The notes: generated by a model from the letters alone, not told the origin. 63,931 nucleotides of DNA, filler included, from Octopus bimaculoides (GCF_001194135.2; 3 parts of 3 records of this genome joined end to end with filler, not necessarily neighbours in it), one strand, 5' to 3'; positions 48,638 through 62,666 are shown, counted from the first letter of the whole stretch. Made by a program: numbers and translations.

Positions 48638-48737
48638 NNNNNNNNNNNNNNNNNNNNNNNNNNNNNNNNNNNNNNNNNNNNTTAATTAATTAANNNNNNN
48701 NNNNNNNNNNNNNNNNNNNNNNNNNNNNNNNNNNNNN
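48638..48737. other. Artificial 100-bp contig/scaffold spacer
   Basis: 44 N + TTAATTAATTAA + 44 N, identical to 29820-29919. Confidence 0.95.
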
Positions 48738-49099
48738 GAAATATCTGTTTTATATAAATGAACAAGCTGTTTTTAAATTCACAAAATTGCATTTGACAAG
48801 TTTTAGAACGGAACGAAAACGTTAATAATAATGAAGTAATAAAAGTTTTTTTTTTCCAAAATTCTGAGGTCTTTTTTCTCAAAATATATAAAAGAATAAA
48901 TGAGACCACAATATTATGTAAAACAGAAGAATTTATCTATAAATATAATATGTGACAATTAGTTGCTTGTCATAATAAAACTCGGATAAATTTGGGATAC
49001 CGGAGATGAAGTCCGCTCCGGCATCTCATCAGTTATTATGACAAGACGTTATGAAAAGAACCGTTAACTAAAGGGAAATTACTTCAATAGACATGGTGA

Positions 49100-49508
49100 A
49101 AGTAATACATCATTCATAGAATCCGCATATGCACACATATACATGTACACACACCTGCACATGTATGCATATATATATATATATAAATATGGTTTTAATG
49201 GTGGCAGCTGATGAAGGGTATGTTTCTATGTGGCCTGCTTGTTTGTTGCACCATGTTTACCATTTTGTCCATGTTCTTTTGCCACGTCATGTACCCAGTT
49301 ATGTATCTATATGTACATGTGGATGAAGGTATATACATACATGTACATATATATGCATATACTCATATATTGTTTATATATATATATATATATATCTACA
49401 TACACACGCGTGAACATATGCATAGAAATACGCATATATACATATATATGTATACGTACACACGCACATGCACCCGCAAATATCCTCATGCACGCATCAC
49501 TACGCTCG

Positions 49509-49539
<31 letters not shown>

Positions 49540-50189
49540 ACACGCACACACACATACAGATCGAACCTGCTGTTTATATTATATAATGTCCATGTATTAA
49601 CCTTTTACATGCCTTAACATCTCTTATATGTTTATTTTTTTTATATATATTATATTACTTTGTATATCTTTTCTGTATATTATGTAACTTATACGTGTGT
49701 ACTATTTGTTTAATGTATATGTGCGTGCATATATAAATTGTGTACGAATGATTGTATACATACGAGTGTAATGCTCTAACTGTTGTACTTGTGTCCTTCC
49801 TACATACACACATATATGTATGCATATATGTTATATGTCTGCAGTGTAGATGTGTTTGTCTGACAGGGGCTGTATTAGCGTATATACATATATAACGCAA
49901 TCGTATATTCACGTTTTGCGGCGATGGTGAATATTTTACGGTTTATGTTTTTTTTTTGCGTACGTGTATTTATTTATATTTACGTCTATCCGGGTATGCA
50001 TGTGCGTATAGACTACGTTTTTGTATATCCGCGTATGTATGTGTATGTGCATATAGAGATGAGTATATGAGCGTTTTGATGCGTGCGTTTTTACGTATGT
50101 GTTTTTATTTGTATACACGTTTTCCGCGTATATATATGCATATGTATATAAACCACGTTTTGTACATTTGCGCTTGTATGTGTGTGTGC

Positions 50190-50276
<87 letters not shown>

Positions 50277-50300
50277 TACATGTGTATGTGTGTGTGTATG
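49100..50300. repeat. Compound (TA)n/(CA)n/(CG) alternating purine-pyrimidine microsatellite field
   Basis: Long (TA)n at about 50195-50270 plus degenerate RY tracts; source of the YI/HT-rich spurious ORFs. Confidence 0.9.
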
Positions 50301-52111
50301 TGTGCATATGCGGATTCTATGAATGAAGTATTATTTTCATCATGCCTATTGGAGTAATTTCCCTTTATTTAACGATTCTTTTCATAGCATTTTGTCTTAA
50401 CAACTGATGACAAATAACTAATTGTCACATATTATATTTATAGATAAATTTCTCTATTTTACATAATACCGGGGTCTCATTCATACTTTCATATATATTG
50501 AGAACAACGTCGTTAGAATTTTGTAAGAAAATCCTTGTATTCCTTCATTATTATTAGCGCTTTCGTTCCTCTCTAGAAGGTGTTAAATGCAATTTTAGGA
50601 AAAAAGAAAAGCAGCTTGTTCATTTATATAAAACAGATGTTTCGGGGAGGGGGGTGTTTAGTAGAAAACATTGTCACATTTTACACACACACACACAAAC
50701 ACACACACGTATCTATCTATATATATATATGTAAACAAATAATAAATGAGTATATGCATATATACATACAGGTATGTGCATACCTACGTCTACCTGTATA
50801 TATAGGTGCATATCTGGGTACAGGACATTGCAAACAAAACGTAGAGAAAAATATAATAATAACCAGAGTACAGAACACACAGAGGCCACATAGAGAACAG
50901 TTTCCTGCATCAGCTACCCCAATTCTAACAGAGGCGTTTTGAAGAGTAGGGCAGGACGCATCGTTAAAATGGCACTTCCCATGGATCACAAATTAAATTT
51001 GTGTACACGAATTAAACTGTACCGTGGAGGAATGTAGTGGCGGACAGAAAACAAGACAGGAAAACAAACGGAAAAGAAAAACAAGACAGGAATATATATA
51101 TATATATATATATAGGGAAATCCAAAGTTAAAAACGGAAATCTACCAAAGTTAAAAACGGAAATCTACGAAAGTTTAAAGGTCGTACACATGGAATGTAT
51201 TACCTTGTATGCACCAAATGTTACGCTATATTACTATTTTCACCGAAATTCCAAACCTTGCCCTGCAAAGAAATCACTTACGTTCAAAGGATGTAATTCA
51301 TTCTGTACATATCTCCTATCAGTATTTGTTATTTGAGCATAGAAAATCAAATAATTCCTCTCCTCTAAAATTACTTAAACCCACGTAAACCTAAATAAGT
51401 AATAGCATATTATCATTTTAGTAAATACTATCTAGGTGCCAAGTAGGATATCGCTATGGGATAGATTTCAAAACAAGTAATTTACAGGTGAATTTATAGA
51501 AGCCCCTCCTTCAATATAAAACAAATTGTATTAACATGTAGATTTTTCTAATCTGTTCCACACGAAGAAATCAATTGCAAAAAACGAAACATCTCTATTT
51601 GAAGTCCAAGTTTTCTCTTAACTTTTTACAAATCTATCATATTAATTAATAATAATACATAGAAATATAGCCAAGCCGCAGAAAGAAAATTCGTTTGTTC
51701 TTTTTTTTTTGAGGAATGCTGAAGATTTAACGTAAATAAAACAAATATAGAATTATATACACTTTCCATTAGTTATGCCAGATGAAAAATAATATGTGCA
51801 AAACATTTCCATTAGTCTAAATGTTTTGTTTATTATTTGCATATGCACTTTTGTTCTTCTGCGTGCATGCATATGCGTGCATAAGCGTGTGAGTAATTAT
51901 GTCTCTTTCACACCGTGACTCTATTTCTCTCTCTCTCGTAAACATACATACATATATATGCGCGTGTGTGTGTGCGTGTGTATGTATATATGTACAGAGT
52001 GTTCGATGGATAGATACATGTGTGTGTATGTGTGTGTGTGTATGTGTGTATGTAATATGTTGCAACACTCACACACACACACACACAAATACTCGCACAC
52101 ACACTCTCACA

Positions 52112-52180
<69 letters not shown>

Positions 52181-52413
52181 TATTTTGTTTAAAAGAATTC
52201 CAACACTGTTTTTTATGTTTTATTTATATTCCTGCAAAACCAAAGTGGGATATAGAATATGGAATATACAATATATAATATAAAATAAAAATGGATGGTA
52301 CAATGAAATAAAGTATTGAATGTCTTATTGAATATATGGAATATGTCTTATTGAATAGATGAAATATTGAGTGTTCAATATAAAGGATTAAATATATAAA
52401 GGCGAATACGTAT

Positions 52414-52520
52414 TTTCTATACCTTGTGGTATTTCATCATGGCCGGTATGACAGACTTTAACAGACTGTCTGTTAAAGTCTGTCATACCGGCCATGATGA
52501 AATACCACAAGGTATAGAAA
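52414..52520. repeat. Perfect 107-bp palindrome abutting an N gap
   Basis: 53-nt arms with a single T centre at 52467; right arm ends exactly at the gap. Confidence 0.95.
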
Positions 52521-54023
52521 NNNNNNNNNNNNNNNNNNNNNNNNNNNNNNNNNNNNNNNNNNNNNNNNNNNNNNNNNNNNNNNNNNNNNNNNNNNNNNNN
52601 NNNNNNNNNNNNNNNNNNNNNNNNNNNNNNNNNNNNNNNNNNNNNNNNNNNNNNNNNNNNNNNNNNNNNNNNNNNNNNNNNNNNNNNNNNNNNNNNNNNN
52701 NNNNNNNNNNNNNNNNNNNNNNNNNNNNNNNNNNNNNNNNNNNNNNNNNNNNNNNNNNNNNNNNNNNNNNNNNNNNNNNNNNNNNNNNNNNNNNNNNNNN
52801 NNNNNNNNNNNNNNNNNNNNNNNNNNNNNNNNNNNNNNNNNNNNNNNNNNNNNNNNNNNNNNNNNNNNNNNNNNNNNNNNNNNNNNNNNNNNNNNNNNNN
52901 NNNNNNNNNNNNNNNNNNNNNNNNNNNNNNNNNNNNNNNNNNNNNNNNNNNNNNNNNNNNNNNNNNNNNNNNNNNNNNNNNNNNNNNNNNNNNNNNNNNN
53001 NNNNNNNNNNNNNNNNNNNNNNNNNNNNNNNNNNNNNNNNNNNNNNNNNNNNNNNNNNNNNNNNNNNNNNNNNNNNNNNNNNNNNNNNNNNNNNNNNNNN
53101 NNNNNNNNNNNNNNNNNNNNNNNNNNNNNNNNNNNNNNNNNNNNNNNNNNNNNNNNNNNNNNNNNNNNNNNNNNNNNNNNNNNNNNNNNNNNNNNNNNNN
53201 NNNNNNNNNNNNNNNNNNNNNNNNNNNNNNNNNNNNNNNNNNNNNNNNNNNNNNNNNNNNNNNNNNNNNNNNNNNNNNNNNNNNNATATATATATATATA
53301 CATATATATATTCATTTCATTTTTAAAGAAAAATTACACAGAACATAAAGACGCGTCTTGAATTTTCTTAACGCATGTTACATGGGTGCGGATGTACGAA
53401 TAATTCATCAAGATTTGATTGGTTGCCAAAGTATCGTTAGAATATGTGTTGCGAGGTCTTCAACATGCTTCCTATCAAAAGGAAACGAAAAGCTTATACT
53501 CAGCATTATTCGTATAAGAATCTCTAATGACCACTTGCTAGTGCACTTTTACCGAGGGTTATGAAGCTTGCTTCCCAACCATATGATTTTAGGTTCCATT
53601 CTTCTTCTTGGACAGGTATCTTCTGTTATAACTACGCGACGATCAAACACTTGTGAACGGATGTGGTAGACTGAAGTACAGTGTACATTTAAACAAATAA
53701 GATGTATCCATTATAGGATTCCTTGCATGCTAGAAATAACAGCTAAGTTCCAATCCACTATTAGCGAAAAATAAAAACTGTTACCATGTAACTCCTGGAC
53801 AATATATTCAGACTTATTTTAGCAAATAAAATAATTTGCCCGCCGAAGACTTCTTCAGCAGGTACACCTAGATTAAACATATATATATAAGGCAATCCAG
53901 TATATGCTCCTGCTTATACATTCCAATTTTTCAAATCTACAGCGCAAGCGCAGCTCCTTGTCGCCAGAAAATAGAAAATGCTGGAGTTTCAATTCGAAAA
54001 TTATCCAGAAAAAATTATTAATA

Positions 54024-55372
54024 ACTAGCAGAAATACCCGCCTTTGCCCGGGTTAAAGAGAATAATGAAATCTAAAAACGCCGTCTAGACTACGCAACCC
54101 TCAACTGTTAGTAGCTATGATACCATATTTCTACATTAATAACTCTCCAATCCATGCCAGCATGGAACATAGACATTAAGTGGAATGCCAGTCTCTCATC
54201 TAGGAAGGCCTTGAAATCAATGTTACCAACTGGGGACTATGTGTGTCGCAGTGATAATAAAAAGACTCAAAGGAGGTCTGCAACGAAATAATTTTACTCA
54301 ACACTTTGCAAGTGAATCAGTGGAGGCAAAGATGCGTCTCATTTACTTGACAATTTATGCACCACATTGCAGAAATCACAATANNNNNNNNNNNNNNNNN
54401 NNNNNNNNNNNNNNNNNNNNNNNNNNNNNNNNNNNNNNNNNNNNNNNNNNNNNNNNNNNNNNNNNNNNNNNNNNNNNNNNNNNNNNNNNNNNNNNNNNNN
54501 NNNNNNNNNNNNNNNNNNNNNNNNNNNNNNNNNNNNNNNNNNNNNNNNNNNNNNNNNNNNNNNNNNNNNNNNNNNNNNNNNNNNNNNNNNNNNNNNNNNN
54601 NNNNNNNNNNNNNNNNNNNNNNNNNNNNNNNNNNNNNNNNNNNNNNNNNNNNNNNNNNNNNNNNNNNNNNNNNNNNNNNNNNNNNNNNNNNNNNNNNNNN
54701 NNNNNNNNNNNNNNNNNNNNNNNNNNNNNNNNNNNNNNNNNNNNNNNNNNNNNNNNNNNNNNNNNNNNNNNNNNNNNNNNNNNNNNNNNNNNNNNNNNNN
54801 NNNNNNNNNNNNNNNNNNNNNNNNNNNNNNNNNNNNNNNNNNNNNNNNNNNNNNNNNNNNNNNNNNNNNNNNNNNNNNNNNNNNNNNNNNNNNNNNNNNN
54901 NNNNNNNNNNNNNNNNNNNNATACATCTACACATATGTATACATATACATGTATGCATATAGATCTATATCTATATATATATATCTATGCATATACGTGT
55001 ACATATACATGTATATGTATACATATAGATCCCTCTTTCTCTCTTTCTCTCTGAAAGTATCTGTCATTACAGTATCGAAATATGATTGTTTCAGTTAGTA
55101 GAATAGTTTCATTTTTAAAGTGAAAGTACTTGACATGAGTGTTTTTGCTTCACTTTTGACACGTAATACTTAAATAGTGGAGGCGATATTATGTTGCTGT
55201 GGGCTCGAACTCTGCAAGAAGTTAAAATTTTTTTTGACTAAAACACAACTGGAACCCTAAGTAAGGCATCTGTAAAAGTTGAATGAAATTGGTTGCGTAG
55301 TTCTCGAGTTTTAGGGATTCACACAGACAGACAGACAGACTGACACACGTTCTCATTTTTATATATATAGAT
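54024..55372 (+). mobile_element. Non-autonomous Helentron/DINE-1-like element, spanning a gap
   Basis: 5' ACTAGCAG..ACCCGCCTTTGCCCGGG hairpin; 3' ..gttctcgagttttag..(ACAG)n..ttttatatatatagat. Confidence 0.55.
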
Positions 55373-55373
55373 T

Positions 55374-55670
55374 AATAATATCAAGGGTAATAAGAAATAT
55401 TAGAAATTTCTAATACCTGTTGCCTAGCGTGTAAAACTTTAGTCAATAGACTATATATTGTTCATATAAATACAAATGGTAGTAAAAATAGTGGTTTGGA
55501 AGTTAGCTGTCCTTTCTAGCGTGCAAAAAATCCTATGATGGATACCTCTTATGTGTCTAAATGTACGCTGTATTTATATGAATAATATTTAGTCGATTGA
55601 CTAAAGTTTTACACGCTAGGCCACTGGTGGTAGAAATTTCTAATATTTCTTATTACCCTTGATATTATTA
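55374..55670. mobile_element. MITE with about 100-bp TIRs
   Basis: aataatatcaagggtaataagaaatattagaaatttc... / ...gaaatttctaatatttcttattacccttgatattatt; a related right end recurs at 55950-56133. Confidence 0.8.
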
Positions 55671-56899
55671 TTAAATACTAATAATTTTTTGTGGATAATT
55701 TTCTAACTGAAACGCCAGCAGTTTTTATTTACTGCCGAGAAGGAACTGCGCTTCCGCGGTAGATTTGAAAAATCAGACCGTATAAGCAGGGGCACATAGT
55801 GGATTGCCTCGTGTATATATGTTTAATCTAGGTGTACCTCCGGAAGAAGACTTCGCCGGTCAAATTATTTTATTTGCTAAAATAAGTCTGAAACCACAGT
55901 CCAGGAATTAAATGGTAAATGTTCTTATTTTTCATTTCCTTCGAAGTTTTGTCCCTAATAGTGGTCTGGAACTTAGCTGTTCTTTCTAGCGTGCAGGAAA
56001 TCCTATGATGGATACTTCTTATGTGTTTAAATGTAGACTGTATTTGTATGAATAATATAGTCTATTGACTAAACTTTTACACACCAGGCCACTGGTAGTA
56101 GAAATCTTTGATATTTCCTATTACCCTTGATTTTATATATATNNNNNNNNNNNNNNNNNNNNNNNNNNNNNNNNNNNNNNNNNNNNNNNNNNNNNNNNNN
56201 NNNNNNNNNNNNNNNNNNNNNNNNNNNNNNNNNNNNNNNNNNNNNNNNNNNNNNNNNNNNNNNNNNNNNNNNNNNNNNNNNNNNNNNNNNNNNNNNNNNN
56301 NNNNNNNNNNNNNNNNNNNNNNNNNNNNNNNNNNNNNNNNNNNNNNNNNNNNNNNNNNNNNNNNNNNNNNNNNNNNNNNNNNNNNNNNNNNNNNNNNNNN
56401 NNNNNNNNNNNNNNNNNNNNNNNNNNNNNNNNNNNNNNNNNNNNNNNNNNNNNNNNNNNNNNNNNNNNNNATATATATATATATATATATATAGGCTAAA
56501 GGTGATAGGCAAGTCTATGTTTGAAAATGGTATAATATTTAAGTAAAAATGTAGATAGAAGCAGAAAGAAACCGAAAAGAAATTAACATAGAAAACACAT
56601 CGATCACAGACCGGACCGGTCGGTGTATTCAAGATAGTTACCTTACTCAAAACTAGCCCGGTGTAGGGGAGATAAATAGAAGAATATAGGGACAAGAACG
56701 AATATATGAAAGAGAAAATTATTATAAATTTACTATAGAAAAAACGCACAAACTCAACAGACAAGGATATACAGTCACACATATACATACATACACACCA
56801 CACACATACGCACATACACAATGGTGCATATACTCATATATACATATACAAGGGTGCAAGTGAAAGGGAGGATACAGGGAGTAAAATAAGATAAAGTTT

Positions 56900-57700
56900 A
56901 CATCATACTTCGTCTCGACCTTTAAATTTGAAGCTCAGAACATAGGGTTGCTGAAGTCGTAGAAATTATCCGACTACCATTTTTCACTCTTCCCGGACGT
57001 GTAGCAAGTAGATGCTCCCGGTAGTAATATTTTTTGGCAAAGATTATGGGGAGCGTGATTAAAATTCCCGCCCAAGCTGCAGTAACTTCTGCCACCTCTG
57101 CAAAAGGCATGCACTCTTGTATTATCGTGATGAAAGAAAATTCCCTTACGATTTGGAAGTGCCGGACATGTGTTTTAGATCAATGCCATTAATTTGCATA
57201 GCTGGTTACCGTACAAATCCAAATTGATGATCGTGTCTATAGACAGAAACTTGTAAAAGAGTACACCGCTCCGATCATACCAAATAGAAATCATAGCCTT
57301 CTTTGGGTAAAGTTTTAGTTTCGAATTTGTTTGTGGTGGTCCACCGCTCCTCCTACGAACGTTTTTCACTACAAATATTGTTATAGATATTTCAGCTTTT
57401 TCCTTGGCAGCATTCTCTTGAAAAACAGGATGGATGCTTTTCATATTTCTGCAAAAAATAGTAGATAGAAATCCATTGTAGGTCCCAATGCTCAAGGGTG
57501 GTGACGTAATCAAGTTGATACACATAGTTTTTCAGAATTCGATTTTGACATATGATAAATATTTGCAATCATCCTGTTCATATAAAGGTGTTAACGTCGC
57601 TGTTAATCTTAGTTCCCGGGGCAAAAAGGAGTTGCTCCTTGAAGGCGAAACATTTCCTCATCGAAATCTTGAAAACTAATTCTGGCACACACATTCCAGA
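56900..57700 (-). mobile_element. Highly decayed mariner transposase
   Basis: KLYPKKAMISIWYDRSGVLFYKFL..TIN.DLYGNQLCKL..PNRKGIFFHHDNTRVHA. Confidence 0.8.
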
Positions 57701-58363
57701 ACAGGATTCCCTCCGTAGACAGCGCATATCGTCCTGCAAGTTCCTGTGATTTCTTGCTTAACCTTTTCTTAAAACAGAAAAGCATGCGGTGTCGGTAACG
57801 TTCGTTTGGCTCTCTATTTTCAGTGTGACTATAAGGTATGCCTTATAGAACCTTTCTTGTCGCAGGTTTCGCCTCAAATTAAGCTGAAATGGCAAGTATC
57901 TAAGGAATGTCCACGGAAAATATGCAAACGTATGTTAACTACTTGTTAGTACACAATACGTGAAGTTCAGTGTCGCCAAAAACTGAACTGACATTTTGGT
58001 CAACTCAATATATGGTCTTTTCTATTCTAGGCACAAGGCTAGGAATTTTTGGAGAGTTGGCCAGGCGAGTAGATCAACCCCAGTACGCAACTGGTATTTA
58101 ATTTATCGACTTCGAGAGGATGAAAGGCAAAGTCGGCTTCGGCGGAATTTAAGCTCAGAACGTAAAGACAGACGGAATCAACCTAATATATATTACATCA
58201 GTTCCTACGAAACAGCCAAAATACAGTGGCGAGAGACATTACATATATATATATATATATANNNNNNNNNNNNNNNNNNNNNNNNNNNNNNNNNNNNNNN
58301 NNNNNNATATATGTGTGTGTGTGTGTGCGTGTGCGTTTGTGCGTGTGTGTGTGTATGTGTGTG

Positions 58364-58403
<40 letters not shown>

Positions 58404-60117
58404 GTCTTTCTAAATGTTGATATATACATCAACTTTAACACATATCTTCTTGACTCTACGCGTTAAAATATGCATATGGTGTTCACGCAAGAGTGGTTAT
58501 TTTCTGTTCTTTAGTATTCACGGGAATATATGTTAAAATACGGAAAACAAGACATTCAGGATTTACCATCTCATTTTAGACTTATAAAGGATGCTTCATG
58601 TAAATCTTTGAGAATTGAGAAAACCGCCAATATCCGAGAACATGCTTAGCTGTCTGTCCCTAGATAATCTGAGTTCAAATTCTACCAGCAGCAATCTTTA
58701 ATCTTCTAAACTACGCATACTACATATGTATTGATATTACGTTTAAGAAATATGAATTAAAAATTCAGAATTCAGGGATCATACGATAATGCTGTTGGTT
58801 TGATAAGAGTTTATTGCAGCCTCGTGTTTCTTTATTCTTGAATGCGAATGAGTGAAGTTCCTCAACTCAGGTGTGACACCACGAGCAATGTAAGTTTATG
58901 TATGATCGGGCATACTTTATAGTGTTGATGTTAAATATCTTTAGACATTTCACAAATGATTTTGTTGCACATTAAATTGAACTGCAATGTTTTAAATTAA
59001 AATATATTGTATTATCGTCTCCTTAACTCGGAGAAATAAGTGAATTATTGTTTTTCATATAATATTATGGCAGGCAAATCATACCAACGAAAAAATAAAA
59101 AAATCGAACTAAAACGAATGCCTGTAAGTCAGTTATTTGTCATTTCCAAAATATCCAGAAATTATTTTCTTACAGAAAATTAATAATGCTTTTAAATGCA
59201 GCTGCATACAGAATGCATAGCTTGTTATTATCGAGGCTATGCACATTTGAACACATTTCATGTGCATCGGATATAAAATCACAATTGTCTTGATTGCTTA
59301 ACAATTAGTATAGGCGTTTTGCATTTACAATTTTATTGTAATTTACATGCGTTACGATATGCCTACGTAAAGACCCATGAAACTCCTAACGAGAAGAGAG
59401 AGTCTTGCGATGGCTTTCTCATGCAATCCAATTGTATGTTCATTATAATATATTCAAATGATTAAAGTATACATTTGTTTTAAATAACAATTTCCGAAAC
59501 ATTCCTTTGAACAATACACAGAACAATGCAGAATATAATGAATAGATCTGGTCAAGGGGAATGTTATAGCAAATTTACTTCCAACCAAGCTTTCCAATAC
59601 CTTTTCTCTCTGTCATTGACAGGAACCATCTAAATGCTAATATAAAGGCAAAGATATTAAAGATATTTTTAATCAAAGAACTAATAAATTTTCTTTGATG
59701 AATCTGAGTTTGACGTCACTAACCATTGTCTAGCGATGTTCTGCTTTTTAAATGATATTCTGCGTTATAGAAACATAGATCTACAAGATAACTTGGCATG
59801 GCTTAATAAAAATACAAACCTTTTACAATTGTTGTAGATTGATCGTCTCTAAATTCAAACAAACGATAACAGCGATTAACTCCTTTACAACTGCTATTTA
59901 ATTGCCATATTGATTTATGTAGCATGTATATTAATCAAAGTAAACCGGTTACATTATTCGGGGGTATTCTTTCCGCAAAATAAATATGCATCGATCATAG
60001 ATAATATACAAAAGTCATGTTGGTTGTTATGTCAAAAACTATGTATAAAAAAAATATTGCTCAGTTTTAAATATGTGTTAAAGTTGATGTATATATCAAC
60101 ATTTACAAAGACACACG

Positions 60118-60160
<43 letters not shown>

Positions 60161-60539
60161 GACGCACACACACATACATACACACACACACACGCACACA
60201 CACATATATATGTAATGTCTCTCGCCACTGTATTTTGGCTGTTTCGTAGGAACTGGTGTTACTATCATTTTAACGTCAGAAGGAGGCCTGGTTATTCATT
60301 GCAATCTACACGCGTTATAAATTGCAAGTAGAGTAGCGATGACCTACCATCTTCCAGCGAGAGGATCACAAGACCGTAAGGATTCGAGTTCATTGCGAAT
60401 ATTCTCTGTGGTGGATACCTGTCCACTAGAGATAGCAATAGTTCGATCCAGCTTGCAATATATAGAAAATAAATAACAACCAGTCACAGATCTTGCAAAT
60501 TGGCTAGTTAGAAAATCGCTTTTTCTTCTAATGCCTTTG

Positions 60540-60724
60540 TCATATGGGTGTATATTTCTTTTTTCCAGAGATAAAAGCTTATTCGCCAATGGGAATCAAG
60601 CACTGCAACACCGCTGGAAGAAGGGTGTGGACTGCAAGGAATATTATGTTTAAAAATAAATCCCATTCGGTAAGATTTCAAGTGCGTATTTTGGACAGTA
60701 CCTAAACTTTTCAATCGTCCCTCG
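60540..60724 (+). mobile_element. Mariner 3' fragment with right TIR
   Basis: GNQALQHRWKKGVDCKEYYV then aaacttttcaatcgtccctcg + TA. Confidence 0.75.
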
Positions 60725-61235
60725 TATATGACGAAATGAGGTTTATTTCCACGCAGGACAGAATATATGAGATCTGGTTTGGAGTTTGGAAATGCACATG
60801 CGTCTTAAAATTAATTTTAGGTTGTGATTCTGATAATTTTATTAAAATGTAATACGGTTTCATCAATATATAGAAATATATATATTGTTTTTAATTGTAA
60901 AAATAGAAAATATATTTAAAAATAAATTGAACATATAAATTGAAATATATACTAGGTTTCACAGTAATAGAAAATAACGAAAATTCAAATATTGGATGAA
61001 TGTCATGACAATATATATGATTGATAGTTCAGTTGGTCTCAATGCAATTGGTTATGTTGAGAATTAGATACGATTAGATGAAGTTTTAAAAAGTATGAAA
61101 ATAAATAAGGACAGAATCTAAAGGTTTTGTTTCTACAATTTCTGTTGTAGTACAGGAAGGAGAAATCTTCGACATCGGTTTTCCTGTTAAGGACTTAAAC
61201 CGTTTTAAGCTGAAATTGCTTTGTAAGACATAAGT

Positions 61236-61700
61236 TCAAGTCTTGATTGGTTTGGAACTTAATGGTTTTACGTCCTCCGCTAATTTTAATTTGTGTTTGG
61301 TTAACTGCATGAATATATCATTTGTTCGGATCGACTGGTCATATTTTTGTTTGGCAATATTCTGGGTTTGAGTGGAAGGGGTGTGATTTCGCCGAAACAA
61401 TTTCTCAGTTATAGTAGCTTCCAGCAATTGGCGTGACTTTGCGGAAATTAGCTGAAAGCATCCCATGATTAGTGGGGTGGGGTGCAAGTAATGTCTATTT
61501 GATGAAAATATGGTTTGTTTGTGGAGGCTTTGGCGGCCCCTATTTATGGAACCAATCACAGTTTGGGCAGTGGTGTCTAGATTGCAATGGTGTAGTGCAT
61601 GGCTGAACATTGTTAGGAAAAATTGAAGGGTTGTATCATCTGTATACAGATTAAGAGTTTGATTCGGCAGCGAGGAAGACATTGGTATAAAAAAAGATGT
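61236..61700 (-). mobile_element. Decayed LINE (CR1/L2/Jockey-like) RT fragment
   Basis: LNLYTDDTTL (YADD-type) and downstream LLEATI..KL resembling RT domains 5-7. Confidence 0.6.
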
Positions 61701-62434
61701 GGAATGTGGGATAAAACCGAATCTTGAGACACGTAGAAGGGGATAAAGCGACTGACAAAAAGAGTTCCGTCAGCACATACAACAATAGTGCGATATGATT
61801 AAAGTTACTGATTCAAGAACGGGTTGGAAACGATAGGGAAAATGTGCCGAAGAAGATTTGCATGCTACATACGGTTGGGAGTTTTGGTGAGGTTCCGGAA
61901 GACAAAATTTCTTTCTGCAGATATCAAGAAACAGGACTGCACAGCTATATAACAGAGGAGAGTAGGTTAGTGGTGTATCTCCTCTTCTGTGAACGGTATT
62001 CATTTTCATTAAAAAGGTGGTGGAAGATTTAATGCTTTGGAGAAATTAATTGCTAATTGCTTTTTCCAGTACCGTTGGAGTATTAGAAGTGGAAACAAAA
62101 TGTTGATATTTGATGGCTCCAAAACAATTATCGTTTTTAACACCAAGGCTAGTTATAATTCATTTGTTAAAAAAAAATCAAGCTTGAAACTTGTGGGTAA
62201 AAGATAAAAAAAGAGAAAGAATAGAGACAGAAAGACAGCAAAAGAAAAGAGCGAAGGTTTTGGCATGAATAGTAGTTAGCACTTGGGTGCTGTATCCGAT
62301 ATCAGCCGATAACAAGTAGTATATTCGATCTTCTATTTGTTTCACTCATTTGGCTGCGGCTCTATTGGGGCATATCCTTGAGAGATTTTAGTTACATGAA
62401 TCGACACCCTAGTACTTATTTTTGTTAAGTGAAG

Positions 62435-62580
62435 GCGCGTGGCTTAGTGGTTAGGGCATTCGGCTCGCGATTGTAAGGTCATGAGTTCGATTTCAAGCGA
62501 TGCGTTGTGTCCTTGAGCAAGACACTTTATTTCACGTTGCTCCAGTCCACTCAGCTGGCAAAAATGAGTAGTACCACAGT
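62435..62580 (+). mobile_element. tRNA-derived SINE
   Basis: ggcgcgtggcttagtggttagg A box, gagttcgat B box, ttgtgtccttgagcaagacacttt core, followed by (CA)n. Confidence 0.8.
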
Positions 62581-62633
62581 CAAACACATACACACACACA
62601 CGCACACTCAAACACACACACACACACACTCAA

Positions 62634-62666
<33 letters not shown>

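Noticed and set aside
48966-49046. CTGATGA plus hairpin on the minus strand inside 13-bp inverted repeats
   Set aside because: No GAAA after stem II, so not a hammerhead; at most a tiny MITE-like element.
678-58466. Long ORF-track entries full of X
   Set aside because: They run through N gaps, which contain no stops; not evidence of coding.
62435-62505. tRNA-like sequence (also 29638 and 63020)
   Set aside because: No complete cloverleaf or acceptor stem; continues into SINE body sequence.
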